Source of the DNA: Arenicellales bacterium
GTDB taxonomy: Bacteria > Pseudomonadota > Gammaproteobacteria > Arenicellales > UBA868
Assembly: GCA_030747115.1 (NCBI GenBank)
Contig: JASLLH010000001.1
Span: forward strand, 1,734-65,733
DNA: 64,000 bases
Reading direction: 5' to 3'
The notes under the pieces are model-generated. The model ran no database searches and was not told where the DNA came from. It was given only the letters and a program-made list of their open reading frames with translations. This document shows, piece after piece, positions 9,101 through 21,057 of the stretch; the stretch's first letter is position 1; each line of letters starts with the position of its first letter. The position numbers and the translations under genes were made by a program.

Positions 9101-10810
9101 ATGCGTGATTGTGACTATCTGATCGTGGGCGCCGGTTCCGCCGGATGCGTGCTGGCGGCGCGTCTCAGTGAGGACCCGGATGCGAACGTCATCCTGCTTG
9201 AGGCGGGGGGTAGTGACCGCAGCATCATCGTCCAGATGCCATCGGCACTGTCCATGCCGATGAACACGCGCCGCTTCAACTGGGGATTTCAGAGCGAGGC
9301 GGAACCCGGTCTTGACGGCCGGGTGCTGGACTGCCCACGAGGGCTGGGCCTCGGCGGGTCATCGTCGATCAACGGCATGGTGTATGTCCGGGGGCATGCC
9401 GAAGACATCAATCAGTGGGAGTCGGACGGCGCGGCCGGCTGGAACTACGCCTCGTGCCTTCCTTATTACCAGCGTGCCGAGACCTGGTACCGCGGAGCGG
9501 ACCAGTATCGTGGCGCCAATGGACCGCTCAGCGTATGTGCCGGCAATGACATGAAGCTCAATCCCTTATACCGCGCCTTTATTGATGCCGGAATCGAGGC
9601 CGGCTACCCCGCTACCGAAGACTACAACGGTTATCAGCAGGAGGGCTTCGGCCAGATGCACATGACCGTTGATAACGGGCGCCGCGCGTCAACCAGTCAT
9701 GCCTACCTGAGACCGATCCGCCAACGAAAGAATCTCAGGGTGATCAGCGGCACGCTGGCAACAAAAGTGCTGCTCGAGGGGGACCGGGCGATTGGGATTG
9801 CCTACGAAAAAGACGGTAATGTTTTTGAGGTCTATGCCCGGGCTGAGGTGATTCTTTCAGCGGGGTCTATTGCTTCGCCCGCTTTGCTGCAACGATCGGG
9901 AATCGGTCCCGCAAGGGTGCTCGAAGCCGCCCGTATCCCGGTTGCGCATTCTCTTGAGGGTGTCGGGCAGAACCTGCAGGACCATCTTGAGGTCTATTTT
10001 CAGCACCGCTGTCTGGAGCCGATATCGCTCAACTCCCGGTTGGGCATGTTCAGCAAAGGCATGATTGGCCTTCAGTGGCTGTTGTTCAAATCCGGGCTGG
10101 GCGCGACCAATCACTTTGAGTCCTGTGGATTTATCCGGTCTTCAGCCGGGGTCAAGTCTCCAGACATCCAGTATCACTTTCTGCCCGGGGCCATGCGCTA
10201 CGATGGTCGCGCTGCTTTCGACGGGCACGGGTTCCAGGTGCATGTAGGCCCTAACAAGCCCGCGAGCCGGGGGTCGGTATCGGTGCGGTCTGACGATGCC
10301 TTTCGGCACCCCCGGGTGCTGTTTAACTATCTGACCGCTGAAAAAGACATTAGCGACTGGCGCGCCTGCATCCACCTTACCCGGGAGATTCTCGGACAGC
10401 CGGCGATGGACAGGTTCCGTGGTGAGGAGATCGCGCCCGGATCGGCGCTGCAAACGGACGACGAGATTGATGCGTGGGTCAGGCAGAACGTCGAGAGCGC
10501 CTACCATCCTTCATGCACCTGCAAAATGGGCGCCGATGATGACCCCGGTGCAGTACTTGATTCGAGTTGCCGGGTACGGGGCATCGCACAATTACGTGTG
10601 GTGGATTCCTCGATTTTCCCGACCATTACCAACGGCAACCTCAACGCGCCAACCATCATGGCCGCCGAGCGCGCTGCAGACTTGATTGCCGGAACACCGA
10701 CTTTGCCGCCCTCGGAAGCTCCAGTGTGGATCGACTCCGTCTGGCAGCAATCGCAGCGCGCAGGGCAACCCCGTCGCGAAATCTCGAGTGATTCGGACTC
10801 AGCGCCTTGA
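9101..10810 (+). CDS. betA: GMC-family FAD oxidoreductase, choline dehydrogenase-like
   Basis: 569 aa. The N-terminal FAD motif is [21 protein letters not shown], followed by [14 protein letters not shown], and the C-terminus has [10 protein letters not shown]. No betB or betI is adjacent, so the substrate assignment is tentative. Confidence 0.75.
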   Translation: MRDCDYLIVGAGSAGCVLAARLSEDPDANVILLEAGGSDRSIIVQMPSALSMPMNTRRFNWGFQSEAEPGLDGRVLDCPRGLGLGGSSSINGMVYVRGHAEDINQWESDGAAGWNYASCLPYYQRAETWYRGADQYRGANGPLSVCAGNDMKLNPLYRAFIDAGIEAGYPATEDYNGYQQEGFGQMHMTVDNGRRASTSHAYLRPIRQRKNLRVISGTLATKVLLEGDRAIGIAYEKDGNVFEVYARAEVILSAGSIASPALLQRSGIGPARVLEAARIPVAHSLEGVGQNLQDHLEVYFQHRCLEPISLNSRLGMFSKGMIGLQWLLFKSGLGATNHFESCGFIRSSAGVKSPDIQYHFLPGAMRYDGRAAFDGHGFQVHVGPNKPASRGSVSVRSDDAFRHPRVLFNYLTAEKDISDWRACIHLTREILGQPAMDRFRGEEIAPGSALQTDDEIDAWVRQNVESAYHPSCTCKMGADDDPGAVLDSSCRVRGIAQLRVVDSSIFPTITNGNLNAPTIMAAERAADLIAGTPTLPPSEAPVWIDSVWQQSQRAGQPRREISSDSDSAP

Positions 10811-11328
10811 GCCGCCCTCCTGAAGATGCAGAAATCCTTTCGGTGGTGGATGCATCGGACGCGGTGATCGGAGAGCAAAGACGAGACGAAATTCATCTTA
10901 AGGGGCTGCGCCACCGTGCTGTGCATGTGCTGGTCTTCAATCCGCGGGGACAATTATTTCTTCAACAGCGGGGCCTGCATAAAAAGGAGCATCCCGGCAT
11001 GTGGGATTCTTCAGTTGCCGGGCACGTGGACGCCGGTGAAAGCTACGATGACTGCTGTGTCCGCGAAGTCGAAGAGGAAGTCGGCCTGTCACTCGACCGG
11101 GTACCGCAACGTCTGTTCAAACTCGAAGCATCGAATGTCACCGGTATGGAGTTCGCCTGGGTCTACCGGGTAGATACCGCCAAGACCTTAAGGCCCAATC
11201 TCGAGGAGATGTCCGGGGGTGACTGGTTCGACCCGGCCGATATCGATCAGTGGATCGATACAGGAGCGAAAGCGCTTTCCGCCGTCTTTCGTCTGATCTG
11301 GCAGACCTACCGGGGTCTGACGGAATGA
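10807..11328 (+). CDS. NUDIX hydrolase
   Basis: The Nudix box is [23 protein letters not shown]. The TTG start at 10807 overlaps the betA stop, so the exact start is uncertain. Confidence 0.75.
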   Translation: MSRPPEDAEILSVVDASDAVIGEQRRDEIHLKGLRHRAVHVLVFNPRGQLFLQQRGLHKKEHPGMWDSSVAGHVDAGESYDDCCVREVEEEVGLSLDRVPQRLFKLEASNVTGMEFAWVYRVDTAKTLRPNLEEMSGGDWFDPADIDQWIDTGAKALSAVFRLIWQTYRGLTE

Positions 11329-11343
11329 AAAAATCTGAGAAAT

Positions 11344-12615
11344 TCAGGCGGACTTTGCCGCGCCTTCATGGTATGCACGCGCAACTTCCTCACCGATGAT
11401 CCCTATACCCGCCTGAACCGATTCGGCGTCCTGCGCGTAGGAAATCCGGATGCATTCATGACGGTGTGGCCAGGGTTCATCCAGTCCTGGAAAAAAGTGC
11501 TCTCCGGCAATGACCAGTACATCTCTTTGTTTAAGGCGCTGGTATAACGCCTCGCTGGTGATGGGTAACCCTGCAAACCATAACCAGAGGAAGATCGCGC
11601 CCTCGGGTGTGTGCACCCGGCAGGGGAGGTCTCCCATGGCCGATGTCACCCAGGAGACCGCCCGCTTTACCTTCTCCTGATAATAGGGCCGGATCACACG
11701 ATCCGACAGATCCAGGATGCTGCCGTTTTCCACCATGGCGCAGACAAGTCCTGGCCCGGCGCTGCCCGGTGCGAGCGACATGATTGCGTTGGCAGCGGTT
11801 ACCGCGCGGATGACTTTTTCGTCCGCCACGATGATCCCCGTGCGCAAACCCGGCAGCCCGAGCTTGGAAAGACTGAGGCACGCGATGGTGTTCTCATCCC
11901 AGAGGCTATCGACCGGGGGAAAGATGATATTGGGAAAGGGTCCGCCGTAGGCAGAGTCGAGGATAAATGGAATCCCGTGCCGGGCAGCCAGTTCCCGAAG
12001 GTGAGCGACTTCGGTTTCGGTCAATACATTACCGGTGGGGTTGGTCGGGCGGGAAACCGCAATGGCGCCGATCTCATCCGAAATATCCAGGTGGTCAAAG
12101 TCGACGTGGTACTTGAACTCGCGCTCACCGCGAAGTTCTATTGTTGGCCGGTAGGTATGGAACAGCTCTGCACCCATACCGACATCGGCATAACCAATGT
12201 ATTCCGGTGCGAGCGGCAGAAGAATTTTCCGCTTTTTTCCCTGGCTGAATTCGCCGGCAAAAAGATGAAACAGCACGTAAAATGAACTTTGACTGCCGTT
12301 GGTGACGGCGATGTTCTGAGGCCCCACAGGCCATCCGCACCGTGAACGCAGCAGCGCCGCAAGCGCATCAATGAACCGGGCATTACCTCTTGCGCCGTCG
12401 TAGTCCCCGCTCAGGCGCTCAAACCGTTCGCCATCGGCGAGCAGTTCCGTCATGGCGTCACGGAACGCGCTCTGCACTTGGGGTATCCGTGCAGGATTAC
12501 CGCCTCCCAGAAGCCGCATCTCTGCCGATCCCGTGAGGGCGCTGTCGATATCTTCCATGAGCGTCAGAATCCCCGAGCCGGAGGTCAGGAAATTTCCGAA
12601 TGCTGAGAAGTTCAT
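11344..12615 (-). CDS. avtA: Valine--pyruvate aminotransferase-like class I PLP aminotransferase
   Basis: 423 aa. The N-terminus MNFSAFGNFLTSGSGILTLMEDIDSAL...LGGGNPARIP matches my memory of AvtA, and SLSKLGLPGLRTG contains the PLP lysine. Confidence 0.75.
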   Translation of the reverse strand: MNFSAFGNFLTSGSGILTLMEDIDSALTGSAEMRLLGGGNPARIPQVQSAFRDAMTELLADGERFERLSGDYDGARGNARFIDALAALLRSRCGWPVGPQNIAVTNGSQSSFYVLFHLFAGEFSQGKKRKILLPLAPEYIGYADVGMGAELFHTYRPTIELRGEREFKYHVDFDHLDISDEIGAIAVSRPTNPTGNVLTETEVAHLRELAARHGIPFILDSAYGGPFPNIIFPPVDSLWDENTIACLSLSKLGLPGLRTGIIVADEKVIRAVTAANAIMSLAPGSAGPGLVCAMVENGSILDLSDRVIRPYYQEKVKRAVSWVTSAMGDLPCRVHTPEGAIFLWLWFAGLPITSEALYQRLKQRDVLVIAGEHFFPGLDEPWPHRHECIRISYAQDAESVQAGIGIIGEEVARAYHEGAAKSA

Positions 12616-12639
12616 CGTGCCTTACGCTTAAGGTTGCGC

Positions 12640-14844
12640 CTACTGGCCGGCGGAAGTGGTATCAGCATCTGCATCGCTAAGGGGAGAGACCTTCGGAGCC
12701 ACCCTTTGGACAACCAGGCGTCCACCGAATGCGCCAAAACTCATATCGGCGAGCACGCGCGCGGATTCGAGCAGAACAGCATCCCTGGGCAGTTCCTGAG
12801 ACGCATCCTCTGAGTCGCCATCGTATCCGTGCGCCTGCTTGAGCGTGTCTAAGATGCGCTGCTGTTCGTTTTCTCTCTGGTCGCGATCCTTCTGTCGCTG
12901 GCTTTCCATAAGAGAAATCTCTATGGCCTGTGCCAGGGGAATATCAATCTCCCGAAGCCCGGCGAGATAAGCGAAATCAGGGTCGCTACGGATGCGCTGG
13001 CTGTGCAGTTCCCGCAGTTGATCGAGGTCATATCCCGGGTTTTCAACCGAGTAACTCGAGAAGGCCGTGGAATCGATTTGCGCAAAGGGCAGAGCATTCT
13101 CCAGCGCCTTCTCTCCATAGGGTAGATCGGCGCCGCGACCCGGAAGCACAATGTCCGGGACGACGCCTCGATGTTGCGTGCTGGCCCCGCTGACGCGGAA
13201 GAACTGGGCAATGGTGAGTTTCAGTTGCCCGAGTGGCTGCTCCGGATCCTGGGAATATCGATCAAGATCAATCAGGTTCTGGACGGTTCCTTTGCCGTAA
13301 GTGGACTCTCCAATAATGAGCCCGCGCTGGTAGTCCTGAATCGCGCCGGAGAATATCTCTGAGGCCGAGGCGCTGTCGCGGTCGACAATGACCGCAAGCG
13401 GCCCGGAGTAGGCGATGTCGCCGCTCGGGTCACGGTTAACCCGGGTCCGCCCGCGCGCATCACGCACCTGAACGACCGGCCCCGAAGCAATAAACAGCCC
13501 GGTGAGGGCGGTCGCTTCCGCGAGGGCGCCGCCGCCATTACCCCGAAGGTCAATGATCAGCCCGTCCATGCCTTCGCTTTCAAGTTCGCCGATGAGCCGG
13601 CGCACATCGCGGGTGGTGCTGCGGTAGTCGCTGTCGCCGCGCGCCCGCGCATCAAAATCCACATAGAAGGTCGGAATATCGATCACGCCGATTCTTCGGA
13701 CATTCTCGGCGCCCCGAACTTCCAGCAGGCTGCTTTGCGCGGCCTGCTCTTCGAGTTTTATCTCGTCCCGGGTTAATGCCAGTATCCGCGACTCGGTATT
13801 GCCGGTCTTTGGGTCAGGCCGGATCTGCAGACGGACAACGGACCCCTTCGGACCGCGGATAAGGTCCACGACATCATCAAGGCGCCACCCGATCACATCG
13901 ACAACAGGATCGGTATCTCCCTGGCCAACACCCACAATCCGGTCGCCGGAACGAAGACTGCCCTCAAGTTCCGCGGGGCCGCCCGGAACCACACGCAGGA
14001 TCACGGTGAATTCGTTTTGTGTCTGCAGAACGGCGCCAATGCCCTCAAGCGACAGGCTCATCCGGATCTTGAAGTTTTCGGTCGCCCGGGGTGAGAAGTA
14101 ACCGGTATGCGGCTCGATTGCCGACATGTACGCATTCACCAGGGTCTGGAATACATCCTGACTGGATATTTGCAGGACGCGCCGCTTCTGCTGCTGGTAC
14201 CGTTGCCGGAGCGTCTTGATGATCTCCTGAGGCGCTTTGCCTTCAAGCTTGAGAACGAGGTAGTCATTCTTTACCCGGCGTCGCCACAGGTCGTTGATGT
14301 CAGCGCTATCGATGGCCCAGGGTGCCTCGGTGCGGTCGAACGGGTAAACCTCATCAACTGAAAAATCAAAAGGCTGGTCCAGAAGGCCCAGGGCATAGTC
14401 GATCCTGTCAAGCACGCGCGTGCGATAGCTGTTGAAGATCGTAAATAACGGGTCGGTGTCGTGGGCGCCCAGGTAGTCATCAAGTTCGTAGCGAAAGGGC
14501 TCGAAGGATTCAATGTCACTGGCGAGAAAGTAACTGCGATTGGCATCCAGGGTATCAAGGTAACGGTCCAGAATCTGCGACGACAGGGGATCATCAAGCC
14601 TGGTCTTGCGGTAGTGGTAGCGCTCAACGAAGTAGTTGACGAGCTTAAGCGTTTGGTCGTGGTGCGGCTCAGCAGCCAGGGCGGGCACATCCTGTGAGAC
14701 CGCGCTGACACCGGCGCCGGGCAGTGCAAGCAACAGCCCGGGCAGTGCAAGCAACAGCCCGAGCAGCGCTGCACCCGCGAGCCGCGGCAAGGCAGTACGC
14801 CGGGTCTGAAGGAAATGCTTCACGGAAAGCGGCAAATCAGACAA
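12640..14844 (-). CDS. prc: Tail-specific (C-terminal processing) protease, S41 family
   Basis: 734 aa with an N-terminal signal peptide and a PDZ-like segment (GIGAVLQ...VVPGGPAELEG). The S41 core shows DLRGNGGG and SASASEIFSGAIQDYQRGLIIGESTYGKGTVQ. Confidence 0.85.
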   Translation of the reverse strand: MSDLPLSVKHFLQTRRTALPRLAGAALLGLLLALPGLLLALPGAGVSAVSQDVPALAAEPHHDQTLKLVNYFVERYHYRKTRLDDPLSSQILDRYLDTLDANRSYFLASDIESFEPFRYELDDYLGAHDTDPLFTIFNSYRTRVLDRIDYALGLLDQPFDFSVDEVYPFDRTEAPWAIDSADINDLWRRRVKNDYLVLKLEGKAPQEIIKTLRQRYQQQKRRVLQISSQDVFQTLVNAYMSAIEPHTGYFSPRATENFKIRMSLSLEGIGAVLQTQNEFTVILRVVPGGPAELEGSLRSGDRIVGVGQGDTDPVVDVIGWRLDDVVDLIRGPKGSVVRLQIRPDPKTGNTESRILALTRDEIKLEEQAAQSSLLEVRGAENVRRIGVIDIPTFYVDFDARARGDSDYRSTTRDVRRLIGELESEGMDGLIIDLRGNGGGALAEATALTGLFIASGPVVQVRDARGRTRVNRDPSGDIAYSGPLAVIVDRDSASASEIFSGAIQDYQRGLIIGESTYGKGTVQNLIDLDRYSQDPEQPLGQLKLTIAQFFRVSGASTQHRGVVPDIVLPGRGADLPYGEKALENALPFAQIDSTAFSSYSVENPGYDLDQLRELHSQRIRSDPDFAYLAGLREIDIPLAQAIEISLMESQRQKDRDQRENEQQRILDTLKQAHGYDGDSEDASQELPRDAVLLESARVLADMSFGAFGGRLVVQRVAPKVSPLSDADADTTSAGQ
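14719..14760. repeat. Perfect 21-bp tandem duplication (2 copies) inside the prc signal-peptide coding region
   Basis: GGGCAGTGCAAGCAACAGCCC at 14719-14739 repeats exactly at 14740-14760. This encodes LLLALPG twice (LLGLLLALPGLLLALPGAG). Confidence 0.95.
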
Positions 14845-14871
14845 GTCGGTATCAAAAAGATCAGCCGGGGA

Positions 14872-15981
14872 TTATAACGGTTGACCTGCTGCTTCCTGTG
14901 GAAAGAGGGTGGTGAGATGTTCTTCAGAGGCCTTCGCAACGCCTCGTTCGGTAATGATGCCGTCGACAAACCTTCGTGGCGTCACGTCAAAAGCAGGGTT
15001 GGCAGCTGAGCTCCCGTCCGGAATCACGCGAACGCGGACAAGCGTGCCTGCTGCGTTATCGCGCCCGTTGATGTGACTGACTTCCTCCGCTGGCCGCTCC
15101 TCGATTGGGATGTCACGGATGCCATCCCGGATGGTCCAGTCGATGGTTGACGACGGCAGCGCGGCATAGAAGGGGATGCCGTTGTCATGGGCTGCAAGCG
15201 CTTTTAAATAGGTGCCGATCTTGTTGCAGACATCGCCGGTCCGGGTTGTCCGGTCGGAGCCGACAATGCAAAGGTCTACTTCTCCCTGCTGCATCAGGTG
15301 ACCCCCGGCGTTATCTGCAATTACCGTATGTGCGACCCCGTGCGCCCCCAGTTCCCAGGCGGTCAGAGAGGCGCCCTGGTTACGCGGACGGGTTTCGTCC
15401 ACCCAGACATGAACCGGGATTCCCGCATCGTGGGCCTTAAAGATCGGTGCGAGCGCGGTACCCCAGTCGACCGTCGCCAGCCAGCCGGCATTACAGTGGG
15501 TCAGGACATTGACGGCACGGCCCGGGGACGACTTTGCGGCTTTGGATATCAGTTCCAGTCCGTGGTCGCCGATCGCGCTGTTGGTGGCAACATCCTCATC
15601 GCAGATTCTCTGAGCGAGTTTCCGGGCGAGACTGCTGCGGGCCGCTTCAGGTTCGGCCAGAAGGAGCGGCAGCATCCGATCCAGCGCCCAGCGCAGATTC
15701 ACAGCCGTCGGCCGGGACGACAGCAGTTCCTGACAGGCCTTACGAAGGTTGGCCTCAAGGGCATCAGTTTCGGCTGCGAGATAAAGCCCGCAGGCGGCGG
15801 TGGCGCCAATGAGGGGCGCACCGCGCACAACCATGTTCCGGATAGCGAGCGCGGCCTCGCTGACAGTGCTCAGGGGCTGGATTTCAAAGGCGAACGGCAG
15901 CAGGGTCTGGTCGATAACGAGAACCCGGGGTTCATCGTCGGCCAGCCAGATCGACCGGAAGTGATTGCCGTTGACCTGCAC
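14872..15981 (-). CDS. mtnA: S-methyl-5-thioribose-1-phosphate isomerase
   Basis: 369 aa. SIWLADDEPRVLVIDQTLLPF and VVRGAPLIGATAA match the eIF-2B alpha/beta/delta-like MtnA pattern. Confidence 0.85.
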   Translation of the reverse strand: MQVNGNHFRSIWLADDEPRVLVIDQTLLPFAFEIQPLSTVSEAALAIRNMVVRGAPLIGATAACGLYLAAETDALEANLRKACQELLSSRPTAVNLRWALDRMLPLLLAEPEAARSSLARKLAQRICDEDVATNSAIGDHGLELISKAAKSSPGRAVNVLTHCNAGWLATVDWGTALAPIFKAHDAGIPVHVWVDETRPRNQGASLTAWELGAHGVAHTVIADNAGGHLMQQGEVDLCIVGSDRTTRTGDVCNKIGTYLKALAAHDNGIPFYAALPSSTIDWTIRDGIRDIPIEERPAEEVSHINGRDNAAGTLVRVRVIPDGSSAANPAFDVTPRRFVDGIITERGVAKASEEHLTTLFPQEAAGQPL

Positions 15982-15990
15982 GCCGATAAC

Positions 15991-16767
15991 CTAGCGGTTC
16001 TTGAATTCGGCAGGCCGCTTCTCGGCAAACGCGGCCATACCTTCTTTCTGGTCGTCAGTGGCGAACAGCGACTGGAACATGACCCGCTCTGCCGCAACGC
16101 CCTCGGCGAGGGTTGTTTCATAAGCTTTGTTGACCGCGGTTTTCGCCATGAATACCGATGGCCGCGACATGGCCGCAATTGCGGATGCAGTTTTCAATGC
16201 TTCATCCAGAAGTTCTGCGGTGGGAACCACTCGACTGACAAGCCCGCTGCGCTCAGCTTCGTCGGCGTCCATCATACGGCCGGTCAGACACATCTCCATG
16301 GCCTTGGATTTGCCCACGAACCGGGTCAGGCGCTGCGTCCCTCCGGCGCCGGGGATGATGCCGAGCTTGATTTCGGGCTGGCCGAACCGGGCGTTATCCG
16401 CAGCAAGAATGAAGTCGCACATCATGGCGAGCTCGCAGCCGCCGCCCAAAGCGTAACCGGCTACTGCCGCGATCACAGGCTTGCGGCACTGCGTGACCTG
16501 CTCCCAGTTACGGCCGATGAAGTTACCGAGATACACGTCGATGTAGGAGCGGTCCTTCATGCCTTTAATGTCGGCGCCTGCTGCAAAGGCCTTTTCACTA
16601 CCGGTGATGACTATCGCACCGATAGCATCATCCGCCTCAAATCCGCCAAGCGCCTGGCCCACTTCGTCCATAAGATCATCAGAGAGTGCGTTCAGGGCGT
16701 CAGGCCGGTTCAGTGTGATGAGCCCGACATTTTCGCGGGCTTCTGCAAGGATAAATTGGTAGTTCAT
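15991..16767 (-). CDS. Enoyl-CoA hydratase (crotonase family)
   Basis: It starts at [28 protein letters not shown] with an RBS aaggag upstream, and contains [15 protein letters not shown]. The 7-codon upstream extension in the ORF track is not needed. Confidence 0.85.
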   Translation of the reverse strand: MNYQFILAEARENVGLITLNRPDALNALSDDLMDEVGQALGGFEADDAIGAIVITGSEKAFAAGADIKGMKDRSYIDVYLGNFIGRNWEQVTQCRKPVIAAVAGYALGGGCELAMMCDFILAADNARFGQPEIKLGIIPGAGGTQRLTRFVGKSKAMEMCLTGRMMDADEAERSGLVSRVVPTAELLDEALKTASAIAAMSRPSVFMAKTAVNKAYETTLAEGVAAERVMFQSLFATDDQKEGMAAFAEKRPAEFKNR

Positions 16768-16979
16768 GGATACTCCTTTGGGAAGCAATTACAAACCGTT
16801 ACAATTACGCTCGAGCCGGACTATACGCCGGCGCAAGTGTGACGGATAAAATCTGGTACAGCGTTGGCAGAAGGAGTGTATCAGAGAGGCTGTTGGCATT
16901 ACCCCTGGAGCCGGTCCGTCATGGTGGGCGCTTCGGATCTTGCAAACACGCGACCGGGAACAAGACTCTGGAAATCAAT

Positions 16980-18893
16980 ATGAGTACAAAATCGGGCACT
17001 TCCCATTCGACAGTCTTTGCGACGTCTCTCGCAGATGCCGAGCGTTTCTGGTCCGAGGCAGCTAGAGATATTCACTGGACCCGTCCGTGGGACCGGGTGC
17101 TGGACGACTCGGATGCCCCGTATTACCGATGGTTTACCGGCGGGGAGCTGAATACCTGTTACAACGCCCTTGACCTGCACGTCGATGAGGGCAATGGTGA
17201 CCGCACCGCGCTGATTTATGACTCAGCGGTAACCGAGTTCCGGCAGAGTTTCAGTTTCAGCGAACTGCGTGACGCGGTCGCACGTTTTGCCGGCGTGCTG
17301 GCCGCTCGCGGCATCAGCAAGGGGGACCGGGTCATTGTTTATATGCCGATGGTCCCCGAGGCAGTAATCGCAATGCTTGCCTGTGCCCGGCTGGGGGCGG
17401 TCCACTCGGTTGTCTTCGGCGGCTTTGCGGCGAACGAGCTTGCAGTGCGGCTCGATGATGCGACGCCCAAAGCGATTGTCAGCGCATCGTGCGGCATCGA
17501 GCCGGGCCGTGTTGTGGAATACAAGCCGCTGCTGGATGAGGCCATCTCGCTGGCTGGGCATAAGCCGGATTTCTGCATTGTCCTTCAGCGTCCCCAGGCG
17601 CAGGCGTCTATGACCTCAGGCAGGGATTTTGACTGGCATGATGAGACCGCCAAGGCCGTCCCGCACGAGTGTGTGCCGGTGCTGGCAACCGATCCGCTGT
17701 ATATCCTGTACACCTCCGGCACGACGGGACAGCCCAAAGGGGTTGTGCGTGATAACGGCGGCCATGCCGTTGCGCTCAAGTGGACGATGAAAAATATCTA
17801 CGGCGTCGACCCGGGGGAAACCTTCTGGGCGGCCTCTGATGTCGGATGGGTGGTAGGGCATTCCTACATTGTTTATGCCCCTCTTTTTGCAGGCAATGCG
17901 ACAGTGCTCTACGAGGGTAAGCCTGTCGGTACCCCGGACCCCGGTGCATTCTGGCGTGTGATCAGCGAAAACCAGGTAAGCGTGCTGTTTACCGCGCCCA
18001 CGGCTTTTCGCGCAATCAAAAAGGAAGATCCCTCGGCAGAACACATCGGCCGCTATGACATTTCGCCACTGCGTTACCTGTTTCTCGCCGGCGAACGGAC
18101 CGACCCGGACACCCTGCACTGGGCTGAAGACAAACTTAATGTCCCGGTGATTGATCACTGGTGGCAGACCGAGACAGGCTGGTCGATTGCGGCCAACTGC
18201 GTCGGCATCGAGTTACTGCCGGTCAAGGAGGGGTCACCCTCACTGCCGGTGCCGGGTTGGGACCTTAAGGTCCTGAACGAGGCCGGCAAACCCGCTCCGG
18301 CTGGAGAGATCGGAACCCTTGCCGTGAAACTCCCGCTGCCACCGGGGACATTTCCGACGCTCTGGAATGCACGGCAGCGCCACTTCGACTCCTACCTCAG
18401 CATATTTCCCGGGTATTACAACACGTCGGATGCCGGCATCATTGATGCCGACGGCTATGTCTACGTGATGTCGCGGACCGATGACATTATCAATGTTGCG
18501 GGACACCGTCTTTCTACCGGTGCGATGGAGGAAGTCCTGGCGGATCATCCCGATGTTGCCGAATGCGCGGTAACCGGTGTGGCGGATGATCTCAAGGGGC
18601 AGGTGCCGCTGGGTTTTCTGGTGCTGAGCGCGGGCTGTGATCGCCCGGCCGATGAGATCTGCGCAGAGGTCGTCACGATGGTCCGCGAACGGATCGGCCC
18701 CGTGGCGGCGTTTAAGCAGGCACTCATCGTCAAGCGTCTGCCGAAGACCCGCTCCGGCAAGATGCTTCGCGGAACGATGCGGGCGATCGCCGATGGTGAG
18801 GAATGGAAGATGCCCGCTACGATCGACGACCCCGCAATCCTGGATGAAATCACGGATGCACTCGCAGGGGTCGGGCTGCCGCGAAGCCGTTAA
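16980..18893 (+). CDS. prpE: Propionate--CoA ligase / acetyl-CoA-synthetase-family enzyme
   Basis: The AMP-binding motif is [11 protein letters not shown] and the C-terminus has [13 protein letters not shown] prefer the ATG at 16980 (MSTKSGTSH...[15 protein letters not shown]) over the GTG at 16839. Confidence 0.75.
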   Translation: MSTKSGTSHSTVFATSLADAERFWSEAARDIHWTRPWDRVLDDSDAPYYRWFTGGELNTCYNALDLHVDEGNGDRTALIYDSAVTEFRQSFSFSELRDAVARFAGVLAARGISKGDRVIVYMPMVPEAVIAMLACARLGAVHSVVFGGFAANELAVRLDDATPKAIVSASCGIEPGRVVEYKPLLDEAISLAGHKPDFCIVLQRPQAQASMTSGRDFDWHDETAKAVPHECVPVLATDPLYILYTSGTTGQPKGVVRDNGGHAVALKWTMKNIYGVDPGETFWAASDVGWVVGHSYIVYAPLFAGNATVLYEGKPVGTPDPGAFWRVISENQVSVLFTAPTAFRAIKKEDPSAEHIGRYDISPLRYLFLAGERTDPDTLHWAEDKLNVPVIDHWWQTETGWSIAANCVGIELLPVKEGSPSLPVPGWDLKVLNEAGKPAPAGEIGTLAVKLPLPPGTFPTLWNARQRHFDSYLSIFPGYYNTSDAGIIDADGYVYVMSRTDDIINVAGHRLSTGAMEEVLADHPDVAECAVTGVADDLKGQVPLGFLVLSAGCDRPADEICAEVVTMVRERIGPVAAFKQALIVKRLPKTRSGKMLRGTMRAIADGEEWKMPATIDDPAILDEITDALAGVGLPRSR

Positions 18894-18903
18894 CCAGAAG
18901 TCG

Positions 18904-21057
18904 ATGAACGATTCAGTTGATCAGACTCTGAAATCCTGGCAGGACCTCGCGAGCCGCGAGTTGGCGGGGGACACACCGGACGGTCTTGAATGGGCAACGC
19001 CTGAAGGAATCCGGATCAAACCCCTGTACACCCGGGACGATCTCGAAGCCCTGGATCACCAGGACGGCCTGCCCGGACTGCCGCCCTATGTGCGGGGGCC
19101 GCGGGCAACCATGTATGCGGGACGGCCCTGGACCATTCGCCAGTACTCGGGTTTCTCAACAGCCGAGGAGTCAAACGCTTTCTACCGGCGCAACCTCGCC
19201 GCCGGGCAAAGCGGACTGTCCGTTGCCTTTGATCTCGCCACCCACCGCGGTTATGACTCGGACCATCCGCGGGTAACGGGAGACATCGGCATGGCCGGGG
19301 TCGCTATCGATTCTGTGGAGGATATGCGGATTCTTTTCGACGGCATTCCGCTGGATCAGATGTCGGTCTCGATGACCATGAACGGCGCGGTGATTCCGGT
19401 CCTCGCCATGTTCATCGTGGCGGGGGAGGAGCAGGGGGCGAGCAAGGCAAGTCTCTGTGGCACGCTGCAGAACGATATCCTGAAAGAGTTCATGGTCCGC
19501 AACACCTATATCTATCCCCCTAGCGAATCGATGCGGATTGTCTCTGACATCATTGCCTATACGGCAGAGCACCTGCCGCGCTTTAACCCGATCTCGATTT
19601 CCGGGTACCACATCCAGGAAGCGGGGGCGACTTCGGTTCAGGAACTCGCCTATACCCTGGCCGACGGCATCGAATATGTCCGCACCGCAGTCGCCAGCGG
19701 TCTTGAGATTGACCGGTTTGCGCCCCGTCTGTCATTTTTCTTTGGTATCGGAATGAACTTCTTCATGGAGGTTGCAAAGCTACGGGCAGCACGGCTTCTG
19801 TGGGCACAACTGATCAAAGAAAAGTTCAATCCATCAGATCCACGCTCGCTGATGCTGCGTACACATTGCCAGACCTCCGGTGTCAGCCTGACCAGTGAGG
19901 ATCCTTACAACAACATCATCCGAACCACCGTTGAGGCACTGGCGGCTGTGTTCGGCGGTACCCAGTCTCTTCACACCAACAGTTTTGACGAAGCGCTGGC
20001 ATTGCCGACCGATTTTTCGGCGCATATTGCGCGCAATACACAGTTGATCCTGCGCGAGGAGGCCGGCATTAACCGCGTGGTCGATCCACTGGGAGGCTCT
20101 TATTATGTGGAGAGCCTTACCGCCAGTCTCGCGGCGCACGCGCGATCCCTCATTGATGAAGTGGAAGACATGGGCGGCATGACGCAGGCGGTCATCAGCG
20201 GGATTCCCAAACTGCGTATCGAAGAAGCCGCTGCCCGTCGTCAGGCACGCATTGACCGCGGCGAGGAAGTCGTTGTGGGTGTTAACCGCTATGAAACACC
20301 TGACGAAACCGAAGTGGACATCCTCAGCATCGATAATTCCCAGGTGCTGAAGACACAGCTCGGTCGACTGGAAGCGGTACGCGCGAGCCGCAATGACCGG
20401 CAGTGTCAGCAGGCTTTGGACTCGCTCAAAGACGCCGCCGGGCGTTCAGGGGCCAACCTGCTAGAGTATGCAATAGAAGCAGCACGGGCGCGGGCAACGG
20501 TTGGCGAGATCTCGCTTGCGCTGGAAGCGGTATTCGGCCGCTATCAGGCCGAGGTCAGGACGATTTCAGGCGTGTATGGCGAAGCTTATCAGCAGGACGA
20601 GGTTTTTCAGGCGCTGCGCAAAGATGTCGCGGTATTTGCGGATCAGTTCGGGCGGCGGCCGCGTATTCTGGTTGCCAAACTGGGACAGGATGGCCATGAC
20701 CGCGGAGCCCGGATTATTGCAACGGGCTTTGCCGATGTGGGATTTGATGTTGATATCGGGCCGTTGTTCCAGACGCCTCAGGAAGTGGTTCAGCAGGCCC
20801 TGGACAACGATGTGCACGTGATCGGCATCTCCTCCCAGGCGGCTGGGCACACCACGCTGGTGCCGAAGGTCCTCGAAATACTCGCCGAAGACGGCGACAG
20901 CAATATCAAGGTGGTGCTTGGGGGCGTGGTTCCCAAGGCCGATCGCGAGAGCCTTTCGGCTCTGGGTGTCGCCGCCTTTTTCGGCCCGGGCACACCGATC
21001 CTCCAGGCCGCCCGGGAGGTTTTTGGCCTGATACCGAGACCACAGGACAGCAGCTGA
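18904..21057 (+). CDS. Methylmalonyl-CoA mutase, catalytic subunit with C-terminal B12-binding domain
   Basis: It starts at the ATG at 18904 ([13 protein letters not shown]...). It contains [35 protein letters not shown] and the B12 motif [16 protein letters not shown]. The ORF-track start at 18637 overlaps prpE. Confidence 0.9.
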   Translation: MNDSVDQTLKSWQDLASRELAGDTPDGLEWATPEGIRIKPLYTRDDLEALDHQDGLPGLPPYVRGPRATMYAGRPWTIRQYSGFSTAEESNAFYRRNLAAGQSGLSVAFDLATHRGYDSDHPRVTGDIGMAGVAIDSVEDMRILFDGIPLDQMSVSMTMNGAVIPVLAMFIVAGEEQGASKASLCGTLQNDILKEFMVRNTYIYPPSESMRIVSDIIAYTAEHLPRFNPISISGYHIQEAGATSVQELAYTLADGIEYVRTAVASGLEIDRFAPRLSFFFGIGMNFFMEVAKLRAARLLWAQLIKEKFNPSDPRSLMLRTHCQTSGVSLTSEDPYNNIIRTTVEALAAVFGGTQSLHTNSFDEALALPTDFSAHIARNTQLILREEAGINRVVDPLGGSYYVESLTASLAAHARSLIDEVEDMGGMTQAVISGIPKLRIEEAAARRQARIDRGEEVVVGVNRYETPDETEVDILSIDNSQVLKTQLGRLEAVRASRNDRQCQQALDSLKDAAGRSGANLLEYAIEAARARATVGEISLALEAVFGRYQAEVRTISGVYGEAYQQDEVFQALRKDVAVFADQFGRRPRILVAKLGQDGHDRGARIIATGFADVGFDVDIGPLFQTPQEVVQQALDNDVHVIGISSQAAGHTTLVPKVLEILAEDGDSNIKVVLGGVVPKADRESLSALGVAAFFGPGTPILQAAREVFGLIPRPQDSS

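Noticed and set aside
15298-16842. 514-aa plus-strand ORF
   Set aside because: It lies fully antisense to two well-supported minus-strand genes (mtnA and the crotonase). The translation is Arg/Gly/Pro-rich with no family motifs. This is a typical shadow ORF in high-GC DNA.
16894-16910. TGGCAT-N5-CTGGA resembling a sigma-54 -24/-12 promoter upstream of prpE
   Set aside because: The -12 element does not match TTGC and the spacing is off by my count. The resemblance is too weak to report.
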